Numbered from the whole stretch's first letter, positions 12,520-25,372 are shown. The stretch is DNA of 59,011 bases, filler included, from Basidiobolus ranarum (GCA_040143965.1; 7 parts of 7 records of this genome joined end to end with filler, not necessarily neighbours in it), one strand, 5' to 3'. Notes: generated by a model not told the origin, from the letters alone. Numbers and translations: made by a program.

Positions 12520-12870
12520 TTAACAAAAGACAGGCCTTCGATCGTATTCATCAGGCGAGTATGTATTGAAGACCTTCTCGAACCTACTAAACCGCACAGA
12601 TTTTACTGAGCGAGAGCGTTTACTAGGCCTAGAAGCCAAGCATGATTCCAATCCAATAAAACTGCGGGTTCTCGTGATTTCTTTCGACCCCCATATACCA
12701 CTGACAACCGGGAGACGTGTTGAAATGGTGGTGACTGTGCGAAGAACCGAATGCCATAGCAGATAACATATGACACAATAATGTATGAAGTAAAGCAGCG
12801 GAAATGTACTGTACTGGCCAGTGGCAGAAATACCACCCCCAGAGCTCCAGTGCATTGCCGATTTTGCCAT
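12520..12870 (-). CDS. Small protein (~116 aa) with a hydrophobic segment and a Bni4/neurabin-like PP1-docking C-terminus
   Basis: KSVRF (RVxF) followed by VFNTYSPDEYDRR. Confidence 0.6.
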   Translation of the reverse strand: MAKSAMHWSSGGGISATGQYSTFPLLYFIHYCVICYLLWHSVLRTVTTISTRLPVVSGIWGSKEITRTRSFIGLESCLASRPSKRSRSVKSVRFSRFEKVFNTYSPDEYDRRPVFC

Positions 12871-15867
12871 GGTTATTAACTTAGAATAGACAGGCGTGAA
12901 CACCTTGTGGAAAGAATCCAATAGCACTTCGTTCGACGAAGAACAGAATATGGGGTGAATATTTTTGATTGTAGAAAGGCATCAAAACTGAGAACGGATG
13001 GGACATTCAGTACTTATACTTTTCCAAAGCCAATGAAAACCTTTGAAATTCGATTTAGAGATCTCGGTTTGATTTCATTGATTCTCCGTATTGATCGTTT
13101 CGATTCTCAACAAAAAGCACATAAAACAGAGTTTACAAGACTGACAATGGGCCAATCCTCAATAGGTGCAAAAGGCAACAAAGGCTCGGATTTGTAGGTT
13201 CTGTCATGGATGAAACAGGTAACTGTTGTGGAAAATCAAATACACGAGCACTAGGTGATCGTCATAACATTGATTTGCGAATGGAGCCACTCATGATTAA
13301 TTTTAAGGATTTTTGCACGGAGTAGCAATTAGCTTGCTCACACTCTGACGTCTTCACTAAATGAAATTACGAGAAATAGCACCAAAACCACTTCGTTCGA
13401 AGAGTCTGAGCGCATATTGGATGTTGTAATGTTACCGTCTCTCCACTGATCAGGCGATTGGCCTCGTAGTAGGCCAGGAAGTTATCTCAAGAGCTCCATG
13501 ATGCCTTTTGCCTTATCGATTTCAGCGCAGATGGATCAGCTGTATTTTACACAGGTCAGAAGAATGACCTGATCCTGCTGGGGGAATGCACAGAGCGACA
13601 GGACTATGGATACGTCCGATACTTGCTCTTTGAGTGTGTCTGCTTGATGATATGGGTGGGGCAAAGGAATATGGTACTACACATATCTTCAGCACACAAT
13701 ATACATATAGGCTCACATATTTGCTACGGTAAGGACGGAATGCCTACCCACATCTATTCCCAACACATCCAGAACCCGAAAGTACATATTCTGTCCTGTA
13801 TGATTCAGCTGTTCAAGTTAGTAAAATAAGAGCCATATGTGCAAGTCAAATGAAAATTTTCAGACCAACCAACTTAGTGCGCATTCATTGAAATACATAC
13901 ATGATGTACGGTGTATAGCCAACAAATTGCGGCAGGATTCGTTGTTCCATTATTTCGCTTCCAACATCGATGGCTCTGATTGATGGTGTTGTAACGTATA
14001 ATCAACCAAATCCTGTGTAAACTTGATCATGTCTCATCAAAATAGACGTACATCTGATACACTTCGTTGCAACTGCGTGCCAAGCTTCCACACTCCAAAC
14101 GCAATTGTGCTAACGGCAGCTTCAAGCTTCAGTTGGTCACAAACATATTGACGTTGTGCTTCTGATATGGAAGGTGCAACGCAGCTATATGGCTATAGGC
14201 TACTGTTGATGCGAACAAACACGAATTCTACTTGAAGCAGGGATCTGGTCTCCTAAAGTATGAGTATATTGCTCTATGACTCCAAGTAGTGTTTCACTTT
14301 AATAACGAAGACAATTATTGGAAGATGTATTCTGGAATAATCACTCTAGGAATAGTTGTCCTGTATTGGAAGGATGAGGAGCCCAGATATGATTGATCTT
14401 CTATACAATTGCTGTTCAATGTCGTTTGGCAAGTCAAACACCTCATTTGCTATCTTAATTTTAAATGCAGGTCTGGATCTTATTCAGGCTTAAGAGTGAT
14501 TGTTTATTGATCTGCTGTGGGTTTCAAATATTCCAAAAAATAGCAACCTATATAATTAAGTTTGTCACCTTCTGAATGATGTGTTCGGTATTGAGGTTGG
14601 TTCTAATTTAAACCAAATCGACTCTTGGATTATGCATATATAGACTTTGTCTCTTTTGCAAGAATATGGATATAACTGATTACTGAAATGATGGTTCTTG
14701 AAGCATGATATAAGTAGGCACTGTAATACGCTTTAATTACCAGTGTTGTTCAAACTTGACAATGTGATGCACTTGATATGTACTATCAGAGACAACCTTG
14801 AGGAGGCTAATCTTCCCAACAAGATGTGATCCTCGTAGAAACGTCGAAAATGATAACTTAAAACCATCAACGAAGGTGGCTGTATATAGCAACTATCAGT
14901 AGCTATGAGCATTAATTCATTGTTGGTTATTCAGATAGCTACTACAGATCGATTCACTAGTAAAAAGTATATTGATGATAAGAAAAGAAGGTGAATGGAG
15001 AATAACCGTAGAAAAAGTATAGTCAAAGTGACTGTGGCTGTTAACAAGTACCGTTGTCAAATCCCGTCCTCATACTGCATCACTATTTTGTAACCAAGTA
15101 TCAGAGAAAGCACTTCTGTACTTAAATTGTTTTACGAAACTGGCTTCTCTGGGGTATTCAGGAGCTGTCTGTATCTTACTCGTCTCCAAGCGCATAAGAA
15201 GTATTTATCTTAAGCATATTTAGCAATCAGTTCGTATTTATTGAGAATGATTCATCTTTAGCTGAAGCAGCTATATTGATCTTAATCTTGAGGAGCTCAT
15301 GGCGAGATTCTCAATTTTTGAGTAATTTGTTTTTCGTGAGCTTATTTAGTATGAGTAGTCTTTTGATTCCATAAGTGAAGTTATTAATCCGTTCAATTAA
15401 GAATACTAGAATGCAATTGTAGAATTTAGGTCCAAGAGTTACCGCGTTACTTTATTGTATATTTTCTGTTCATCAAATTTAAGCATCATTCAATTTGTAC
15501 AGGAAACACACAACTGGACCATGTAGTTTTTGAAATCCATCTAAATCAGCCTCTTTGTGAACTTTGATATTCGATAGTTTAATTGGGTAGGGTATTGTTA
15601 TTTTCGAAGTCAACAGGGTTTTATTTATTTTGACTAAATTAGATTTCAATTAAAAAGAATGATATTTTCAGATCATAAACAAACCACTATTGACCAACCA
15701 TATTATTTGATTCCAACAACATTCAAAATTTACCATATATGCGAAAGTATCAACTTCCATTTGAAAGTACGAACCCTCTTGACACTAGTTGACACCGAGC
15801 TTTACGCGTTTCAACACATCTCAATTTAATACCTAACAAATTTCACGAAAGGAATCAAATAAATACC

Positions 15868-16826
15868 ATGTCTTCAGCAATACCTATGGAGATTTCAGAG
15901 TGCGAACAGCTGAAGAAAGTGCGTCAAGAATTCCCTACGGTACTAGGTGACATTTCTGACTTTGAAGGGTAAATATACACTATTTTTGCATTGAAGTTGT
16001 ATCGAATCAATAGATTTCCCAGGAGAAAGATGCTATTTTAACCTCAAACCTCAACAAAAACACGTTCATGCCATATATTCATCTAACTTCTATTTTAAGG
16101 ATTAAAAACAAGTTCAACCTTGAGAAGTTTTTCTTTCAAGAACTTCACGAACAGTTTGACAAACAAGCAGACCAAACAAGTGATGTTAAAGCAAATCTTC
16201 CTGCTTACCACGCTGCGAAAGCTGCTCGTTTAGAGGTATGTATCACCTTTCATCCAAGACTACCCAAAGTTCTTAACCTTACTTATAAATATAATAGAAA
16301 ATTTTCGAAGAATTAAAGGACATTTATCTTGATGTCGAGACCAAAGAGAGATTTTTAAAGACCGTTCAGAAGGAAACTCACTTATTGTTGGACCAAAGTG
16401 ACTTAGATCGCCAAGGTACAGTGATGATCTTGCATAGTATTTCCTCAAGGTGAATATCTTCATGATAACTAACTTGAACCCTGAACTCAGAGAAGAAAAA
16501 TGCCTCTCGTGGCAAAAGTTTAAATTCTGCTGAATTGGTCTTTGGTGAAGTGAAAAGCGAAATTAGAAGCGTTTGTGCCAACTCTATCCGTGGTATGAGA
16601 ATATTTTAATACATCCTTTTCTAGTGATGTCTAAATAATATTCAAACATAGATCATGAGCAAACCGTACAAGACATTACTAACTTATCAGCTCTTATCGA
16701 CCAGACTCAAGAAAAGGTACAAACATTTCTTTTCCAATTATACAACCTTTACTTATCCATTCTCTTTCAGGAGCAAAAGCTTACTGATTTATCAAATCCG
16801 GAGAAGAATGAAATTGTAAGAATAGT
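15868..16826 (+). CDS. Multi-exon coiled-coil protein resembling kinetochore Sos7/Kre28/Zwint; 3' end cut by contig end
   Basis: ATG at 15868 and several short GT-AG introns. The exon from 16299 encodes KIFEELKDIYLDVETKERFLKTV, then EKKNASRGKSL..EVKSEIR, resembling the Sos7 motif FSKLrFsYlEqvTKEkFlrai. Confidence 0.5.
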
Positions 16827-16926
16827 NNNNNNNNNNNNNNNNNNNNNNNNNNNNNNNNNNNNNNNNNNNNTTAATTAATTAANNNNNNNNNNNNNNNNNN
16901 NNNNNNNNNNNNNNNNNNNNNNNNNN
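16827..16926. other. Artificial contig linker
   Basis: N44-TTAATTAATTAA-N44. Confidence 0.98.
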
Positions 16927-17223
16927 TTGTTTATTTTTCGATTACCCATGAATACTGGAATGTGACGGAATAGACGAAAATGAAAACAAGTGATAATATC
17001 AATAACAAAGAAACCATATGCACATAAACCATTGATTCGTAGGTAAATATCCACCATCCATTATCCATTAAATTGAAATTCATCCGAAAAAAATCGTATA
17101 CAGTAAATTCATTGAAAATCAAAACAAAACCTTGTCCATATATCAACAAAAACATTCATTATTCTTGCAAAAAGGGTTGTTAACGGTTGTTCACTAATTG
17201 AATCCTGCTCTAAGTTAAGCAAC

Positions 17224-19425
17224 ATGCCAGATATTGATACTGCCCAACAAATAGGTCACGAATTCCACAAAGTCTTGGAAGAACTTACGGAAATTACCGA
17301 CTCCACTGAGAGCTTAGCCTTTGCGTCATTTGAGGATGTATTCATATGGTATATTCCAAAGCATGTTTATCATCCAATAAAAGACCAGTTTGGCCCACGT
17401 CCATTTTTTCTGATTACTTCAGCTACGGAAGACGACCAACCTTTCTCTGTAGCTGTAGAGAACATCAATAGAATTGTTGTGGGTCCTGTACCTACCGGGA
17501 AGAAGGCCTTTTTAGGAGGAACTGAGAATTATTTATCTTCTGGAAGATATTCACAACGTTGCATCTGGCCACAAGAAAGAGTAGAGGCCATTTCCAAAGA
17601 TTCTGCCAGGTTTTACTTATCTAACTATGCACTGACCCATAACCAAGAAATCAAGAAATCTCTTCCCGCCATTTTCATTTATTCATTTGAAGCCATCGAC
17701 TCGGAAGATAGCAAGATGTACTCTGGAATCGAAGCTATTGTTAAAGAGGACCAAGTGAATTTCCTACTCTATCAAATCAAGGATGGAGGATGTGTTGCCA
17801 AATCTAAGGAAGACGCAAAAGCTCCCATTCCTACTTTGGAAGAGCTTGTCGAAGATTTCCAAGACTTAGTAGGTAGTACGAGTCATGAACCAAGTGAAAG
17901 TAGAGCTTTCTCTCGATATGAAATTTTAAGTGGATCTGTGTCAAAGGAAAGTCAAACTAGTTCTGTAACTATGGAAGTGGCATGGGATGGTATGGCAAAG
18001 ATGTTATCCGCTCCACCAACTTCAGCCTTGGTTACTTTACTTGTCAAATCAGTAGACGGGAACTTGGATTACGAAAATCATATTGCAACTCAACCTTTGC
18101 TTAATGAACTTAACCAACTTATTGCCTGGTATGATTGCTGCTCTCAAGGCATACCCTGGGAGTCCAAGGTCCGTAAGCAAGGAATAGCCTCAGGAATTGA
18201 TGATTTTTTGGACGATGTTATAAATGAGGGAGGCATGGCTATAAGCGAAGAAACTACCGGAGTAGAGTCTGGTATGTTCAACACACTGCCGGTCAGAAAA
18301 GATTTGGATTTCACCGAAAAACTTTGGAAATACTGCCAAGAAGCTGTAGATGCTGATGAGATCATTGACTGTCTAACCGCTACTATCGAAGAGCTTGAGA
18401 CTGGCAAACTTCAGCCTTTGGTACATAAAGGAAACCATTCCAGCTTAGCCAATCTGATTAGAGATTGCTTAAAGTTATCGAAGCTCCAAATTACCGCAGA
18501 TTATCAAGAGCAAAAAGAAACCATCAGTCGTTCATTTGATTATTGGCTGGAACAACCACTGGAATGTATGGTGGAAGTTGGTATCTCCAAGCTGAAACGT
18601 GACTACTGCCATTATTTAATTGGTAAGCAGCTATATTTATGCCTAATCACCAGGCCTCGTTCATTCATACTTGCGTATCTCTATTAGGTAATGATCTGGC
18701 CACTTGGGACACTTTGGTAAGATGTCATGTCGATTTGTGTTCAGTGCAAGTATATTTATCATGTGTCATCTTAGGAACCCTTCCTCGAACCAACGATCTC
18801 TCTTGAAGATCAGCTCCAGAGACTTCGGTATCTGCATCGAATCCTCGAGCTCTGGTCACTTGTTAAAACCAACATTTTGGCAATTCCTTACGAAAGTCTT
18901 AGAGTTCTTGTTCAAGACACCATATCTCATTATAATCAGTTCTTGAGTGATCCTGAGGCGAATGAATTTGAGCTACCTCTGTATGCAACAATCAATCTCC
19001 CTCGTTTCTCCAACGAAACCGATAAATTACTCACTAGCCTAGTTCGAAGGTAGGTATTTTATTGTAAACGCCACCACAACACAACCATTCATCTAACAGT
19101 TGCGGTCACCCCCAGCTTCGATCCATGCTACTGGGAGCTTAGTCTTGTCGAAGAGAGCGGCTTACTCTCATCATTCGCTGACCAAGAAAGCCAAAATAGC
19201 TCAGGAACCATGCGTATGGTGATAACATTTAATCGAAAAGATGAACTATTTAGCTGCAGACCAAAATCCACAACCCATGGTAAGTGCTCCAGAACATGCA
19301 TAGCCCTAGAGCATGATTATTGATTTTTCTATATTCTAGATGAAGAACTCATGGATGTCGATGCTACAGTGCTATCTTCATTTCATAATCGCTATCATCT
19401 AGTCAAGTCAACCGCCACCTGTTAA
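17224..19425 (+). CDS. ZWILCH: Zwilch homolog (RZZ kinetochore complex subunit)
   Basis: Exons ~17224-18622, 18688-18716, 18775-19049 and two short 3' exons ending TAA at 19425. Motifs RKDLDFTEKLW, LETGKLQPLVHKGNHSSLANLI, PLECMVEVGISKLKRDY, NDLATWDTLEPF and QLQRLRYLHRILEL parallel the animal Zwilch C-terminal half. Confidence 0.8.
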
Positions 19426-19458
19426 GCTAGCGAAATATGGATGGCTACCCTTAATGAG

Positions 19459-19512
19459 TGCCGTATCCGATAATTTCCTATTACATGCCGTATCCGATAA
19501 TTTCCTATTACA
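19459..19512. repeat. Perfect 27-bp tandem duplication in the Zwilch 3' region
   Basis: TGCCGTATCCGATAATTTCCTATTACA x2. Confidence 0.95.
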
Positions 19513-19971
19513 TGTACAAACAATTTATTCATTCCATCCAATCTACTCACGTCGATTCTTTATCTGGAAGTGTATCGCTCGCTTATTTGAAATAGAAACC
19601 TTCATCTAAATAATATCCAATTTATCAGATTAGATGATTCGTCTCCATGCAATAGGATAAATAGGCGAGGATTGCCCTAAATTTATCGAAATGAGCAATT
19701 GTTATTTTTGTACTAAAATCCAACCATCATTTACCACTTTCGCTTTCACTTTCACCGCCTCATTTATTGACTATTTTGACGGCCATTCGGTTTCACACGT
19801 GGTACATGATAATAAAGGAGAGTAAAATTAATTTGCACATGAATAATACTTTGAACTTTTCTACTTTAATAATTACCGGGGTTCTAATATACCATCGAAT
19901 TACGGTAATATTGTTTTATTCACAAGAGAAACTTTATTTTATCTTGACCTTTTTGTTTAGGTTAAGTACTT

Positions 19972-20901
19972 ATGAATTGGTCACTTCCCAACTTGAACAA
20001 GCTTAGTCTTTCTGAGTATCGTAAGGAAAGAGGGCAGAGAAAGCGGTCGAATTCGGTAGATATAATCAGTTCTGAAACTCCTATAGAGACCACTTTAGCT
20101 ACGAGTAATCAACCGACAGTAGTCACTTCCGCCGCCACTTTTGAACGTTGGGCTAAAGTGAGAACGAGTGTTTTAAATGGAGAGTTCTCCCCTAAGTTTC
20201 AAAAGATTCTACAAAATATGGAACTTATCTGGAAGGTATCGAGTTACTTTTAGCACAATATACACTTTACACACATGTTAAGTAATCTTTTTTAAAAGGT
20301 CGAAGGGAATAATTCCACCTCACCACTTTGTGAAAGTTACTGGCTAGAAGCAATGGATACAAACCATCGTTGGGGCGGTGTATTGCATTTATTTCATAAG
20401 GAGTGGCTACGTAGTAAAACTGAGGACGACTTTTTCACTTGGTTAGATAAGACCAAGGGATATCGTGGACTACCTGGGTTATGGGCCGTAAGATTGAAGG
20501 GAAAACTTAGTCGAGTAAGATTTCTTAAACCAGAGGAACGATTACAATATCAAATCACCTGTGATCACAAGGGAAGATTGATTTATTTACTATCTGGACA
20601 GTTGATTCATTTACCGAAACTTTTTTTAAAAGGTATGGAAGGGATATTTGTGATCGATCGTGAGAATCGTATTTATATGGCACGTAAATTCCCCGGTTAC
20701 TTTCATCATTCTACTTTTTTGGCTGGTGGAAGAGTGAGGGCTGCTGGAATGGTGATTGTTAACAAAGGTCATTTGAAATGGATCAGTAGAAGTAGTGGTC
20801 ATTATAAGCCTACCTCTGAGCAGCTACACCTGGCTATTGATTTACTGCTGGCGATGGGCCTGAAAGATCAATTTCAAGTCGATGATGTGATTATACCTTG
20901 A
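19972..20901 (+). CDS. IQM-family-like protein (no evident IQ motif)
   Basis: Exons 19972-20235 and 20299-20901. Motifs YWLEAMDTNHRWG, FFTWLD, VRFLKPEERLQY, IFVID, FHHSTFLAGG..AAG and SSGHYKP. Confidence 0.8.
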
Positions 20902-21015
20902 TGAGCATCAGTATTGGCTCGTTTATGACTCACCACTCTACTATTGATTGCATGAATTATCCCTTTGAACGGATTAAACTACCCTATCCATTTATTAATA
21001 AATCCATTGAACTAT

Positions 21016-23476
21016 TTACAATTCTACTTTGATTCCCAACTCTATGGTTTTAGAGTGGGGGGTGTTTAGTTTAGGTGCTCTCATATTGCTATGCAAAAAA
21101 GCGTAAGCATTGTGTAGAAACCAACGACGAAGCTTGGAAGATCCAGGTTCAGCATAGTAGGTATATCTACTAAGAATGAATGAGATATCATGATTGACCG
21201 CATTCAACAGTGTCTCTTGCTCTTGATTCTGGGGTTTAGTTTCTATTGACCTTTGATAGGATATTGGATTAAGTGAAGCAAGATTCATCATCTCAAGTAT
21301 CACTTCGTTTGCAAATTGATTCCCTTCTTCCACCGTCTCCATATAACCATATCTAGCCACACATCGATAAAATCCTTGGAAATTTAACCTAGTCAGGGTG
21401 TATCGCTCCTTAGGTAGCACATATGGAATGGGAACATGACGTATAGTCACAAATACCAAAACCTGGGGAACTACGGAGAAAGAGTTGATAAAATGGGTGA
21501 ACGTAGCTGGTACACCAACATCCGCTTCACTGTAAAACAATGCAAATCCAGGTACACGTTGAATTGATTGTTGATTCCCCGATAAGATCAAGGATTTAGA
21601 AGAATCTTCATGAAGTACATCCAATAGAGATATGTTATGTTTAAAGGCGTATAGAATCTTTTGACTAGTACCCCAATACCAGATATTCATCACTCCCGAG
21701 ATAATCAGGGCAAAAGTTAAAGGTAACCAGCCACCACTGGTTAGTTTTAATAATGCGGCACTCAAGAATGTTCCATCCACTATTCCAAACACTAGAAGAA
21801 AAGTTCCATACAGTATTGGTCGTACTTTCCAAACGTAAATCATCACTAAGGTTACCAACAACGTGGTGATAAACATATCTGCACTAACGGCTACTCCATA
21901 TGCATCGGTGAGATTAGTTGATCGTTGAAATATTATCACTATGGAGATGGTCATGATCATAAGAAAATCATTTATCTCCGGAATGAATATCTGTCCATGA
22001 ATAGTCTGTGATGTATGCTTAACAGTGACTCTGGGGAAGCAATCCAAAGACACCGCCTGATTGATGATGGAGAATGTAGCTGAGATCATTGCTTGTGAAG
22101 CTACGACGGTTGATAATGTGGCTACGATAAAGACAGTCCAATATAAAGGCTGAGGTATGGTCATCCAGAACGCATTCTTAATCAACTCGGGATTCTCAAG
22201 TAAGCGAGCTCCCTGCCCACAATAAACCAGAACCAGAGGAGGGAATACCATAAAACTAGCCGAGAGTCTGATCGAGGCAGCATTGAAATGCCCCAAATCT
22301 GCAAATAGCGCCTCAACACCTATGGATAATGGGATGTAAGTATATCGTTCTATTCGTTCATCACGCACAGTACTTACCTGTGATGGCTAGAATGACCCCA
22401 CCTAGGCACTCCCAACCATGTATTCCATTGTTAGTTAAAAAGTTCAGAGCATAGGTAGGGAATAAAGCCTTCAAAATGGCAGAGTTGAAACTAATATTAT
22501 ACAATCCTACAATAGCCAGTAACAACAGCCAAACAGTGATAATTGGGGCGAAAAAAACTGCAATTCGGTCTGTTCCACATCTTTGTACCAAGAAGAGACA
22601 GATCAAAATACTGCAAGTCAAAGGAACGGTCAAGGATTCAACTGATGGGAATTGAACCTGAATGCCTTCAACCGCTGATAATACTGAGAAAAGAGTAAGC
22701 AGTAGTACTACGCACACCAAAATCACTCAACTTACCTGATACAGCCGGTGTTAGAATCCCATCTCCTATGACTAAAGAAGCCCCGAAAAGAACTACAGCC
22801 CTAAGTGCTAATTGTAGGCTATGTTTCCTTTGGAAGATATTCTTTTGTCCCCACGTGCTTGAATCACCCGTATCATAATGAGTTAATTCAAGATCAGAGG
22901 GTTTAGCATCAGCATGAGTAGATATGGCAAAGTATCTAAATAGCAACAAATCAATAACAAGTACAATAGAAGTGAAATAATCAACATTGTACAAACCTAC
23001 AAAGTAGAGAGTATAAAGCGAATGTGCCACCTTCTCCATTATCATCAGCACGCAATACCACAAACACATATTTAAAAAGCATAACTACAATCATGGACCA
23101 AATGATAAGAGACACAATGCCATATACATCCTGTTGCGATGGTGGAGCTGAGAAGATTCCGGAGAACACGTAGAGAGGGCTAGTGCTGATATCACCTGGA
23201 AATTTTATTTCAGTTAAATGTCATGGCTGGCTACAGTGATAAACATACTTACCATAAATGATTCCCGTGCTCTTATAAGCTAGGTGTAGTAATCCTAGAA
23301 ATCTCTGTTGCAGAAGTGAGAATGATGCGCTGAAGCTACTTGGGTGATATAAAATAGCAATAGAAAAACGATGCACTTACCACATAGCTTTGAGTTGAGG
23401 GTTGGCGGAGAGGATTCTCTAGATCGGTGTAAGGAATCGAAGTCATATAGGTATTTACAGTATAAAACGACCTCAT
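21016..23476 (-). CDS. HAK1: KUP/HAK/KT high-affinity potassium transporter
   Basis: GIIYG/DISTSPLYV, KYVFVVLRADDNGEGGTFALYSLL, GDGILTPAVS, EALFADLGHF, SQAMISATFS, GQIFIPEIN and VARYGY. Multiple introns. Confidence 0.93.
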
Positions 23477-24596
23477 GGTCAGTCTAGGCAAGCAAGGCTA
23501 TATATACTTTTGTCATAAGCATTCAGCCTATTTTGTACTTTATCATGTCCACATGCACTCAACAGGATAAAACGGAGGGGGAATGTGAAGATTTCTGGTG
23601 AGGGTATGTTCGGTTCTGACTGGAGGCGAAAGTGCTATTCTTGAATGTATTAATTGAATCCGAAAATTCGGAACCTCCGTTTCTAATTCATTTTACCGAT
23701 CAACTGTAGCTTAATCCTGGAATCTATCCCTAGCCCATCAATCACTCGACCTGATGATAACCCTAGTCCTACTTTGAATGAGCCATCCATCCTTAAATGG
23801 TCGATTCATCCTTGAATATCTATAAAGTCTCTATATGCCATGCTCTCCAGAAGATCTACATGTATCATTTATGCATATGGTCTAAGGCAAGTTGCAGGGG
23901 CTACAGTAAGTGTTAGGGTACCGGTTTTAGAGTAATAGCCGCAGAGTAATAGTCGCAGCTGAAATTCCTTTATTGTTCCTTATCGCTAATCTACGAATGG
24001 ATGACGAGGATTCAATGGACAAATAGGGTTTCAATGTACAAATGGATATTGTTGGACAATCCCCACATCAACACGTGTAGCAGTATGTTGGTCAGATAAC
24101 TGCATATAAATCCATAGCAGAACCAAAGTTTGAACCGAAGTCTGAACATTGATACTATAATGTAAATGTTGGGTTAAACGATTCTCGGACGAAGAACTTC
24201 ATTTCAATTCAGTCCATTCCTCATCCGGTCCTCATCCTTGTCCGACTTTTTGATGGTTAAGATTGTGGATATCATATGAAGGTATATTCATATATAAAGC
24301 CATCTAACAACCATTAACCTTCTCTACACATGATGGAGCTCTGTCCAGGTACCAAGTCTTTAAATATTCATTTTGAGAGTGTTTTTGAAAAGTACTTAAT
24401 TGTAGCCGGCATGCAGCATAACAAACAGCCTTGCAATGGGTACAAATATACTTAAAGATATATTTGTGTTGATTTGCACAACACAGACTCAGTTTGAGTT
24501 AGTCTCGAATGATTTTATATTCTCGGAGCTGATGCTCGGGTTACAATATTTACATCTCATAAATGGCCTTAAATCTGCTTGAATTTAGTTTCACTT

Positions 24597-24986
24597 GTTG
24601 AATAATTGAGTTGAAAGTTGACATTTATAGTTTTGTCAAGATGTAGACACACTAATGTGTAGAATATGTTAAGGGAAGTACCAGGAATATGTGTGCCAAG
24701 TTTGAGGCTTCTAGCACAAGTTTGAAAAATCTATTTATCTGAGAACTTCCAAGTTGGTAGAACTATTTTAAGTAAATTCTGACTAAGAATAATGGACCTG
24801 TTTGCAGCAATAGTGCCAGATTGTGCTGCATATAACATATTGGATAAGTTATTCTAAACTTTATGTCACACAATTTTCACTAATCAGCACCCTCTGGCAT
24901 GATCAATTTCAATCACAATTACTATAATATATTGAGCCAAGGTCCAATAAATCCTGGCACAATGGAACAAGCCCAACTGATAATAT
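24597..24986 (+). repeat. LTR family B fragment interrupted by a MITE
   Basis: Matches 58230-58420 and 25373-25480 (GTTGACATTTATAGTTTTG...GAAAAATCTATwTATCTGAGAACTT). Confidence 0.75.
24794..24974. mobile_element. ~180-bp MITE, copy 2
   Basis: GGACCTGTTT...GGAACAAGCCC, flanked by AAT/AAC. The empty site is visible in the homologous LTR at ~25463-25480. Confidence 0.75.
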
Positions 24987-25272
24987 TGTTGGAGGATCTT
25001 AACATAATGGGGGTAGACTTTGGGTATTAGAAGCAACTTAAGATAGTGTGTTTTTAGTTATTTTATTCTTAAGAGTATATGGTAACTTATATAGTAGAAA
25101 AGTAAATCAATTGTTTGAGATATTCAAGAGTTTGTGTAATAAGATATAATAGATAAGTGGAGGTAATAAGACATACTTGTTATATAGATATAGAGATATT
25201 CCTATTTAGAATATAGGGGCTATAGATACATTGCTTTCTGTTTCTGATATATGTATCATAGCTAAAGTTAAC

Positions 25273-25372
25273 NNNNNNNNNNNNNNNNNNNNNNNNNNNN
25301 NNNNNNNNNNNNNNNNTTAATTAATTAANNNNNNNNNNNNNNNNNNNNNNNNNNNNNNNNNNNNNNNNNNNN
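25273..25372. other. Artificial contig linker
   Basis: N44-TTAATTAATTAA-N44. Confidence 0.98.

Noticed and set aside
15868..19425. Apparent kinetochore gene cluster (Sos7-like next to Zwilch)
   Set aside because: The two genes are on different contigs joined by an artificial linker, so the adjacency comes from size sorting.
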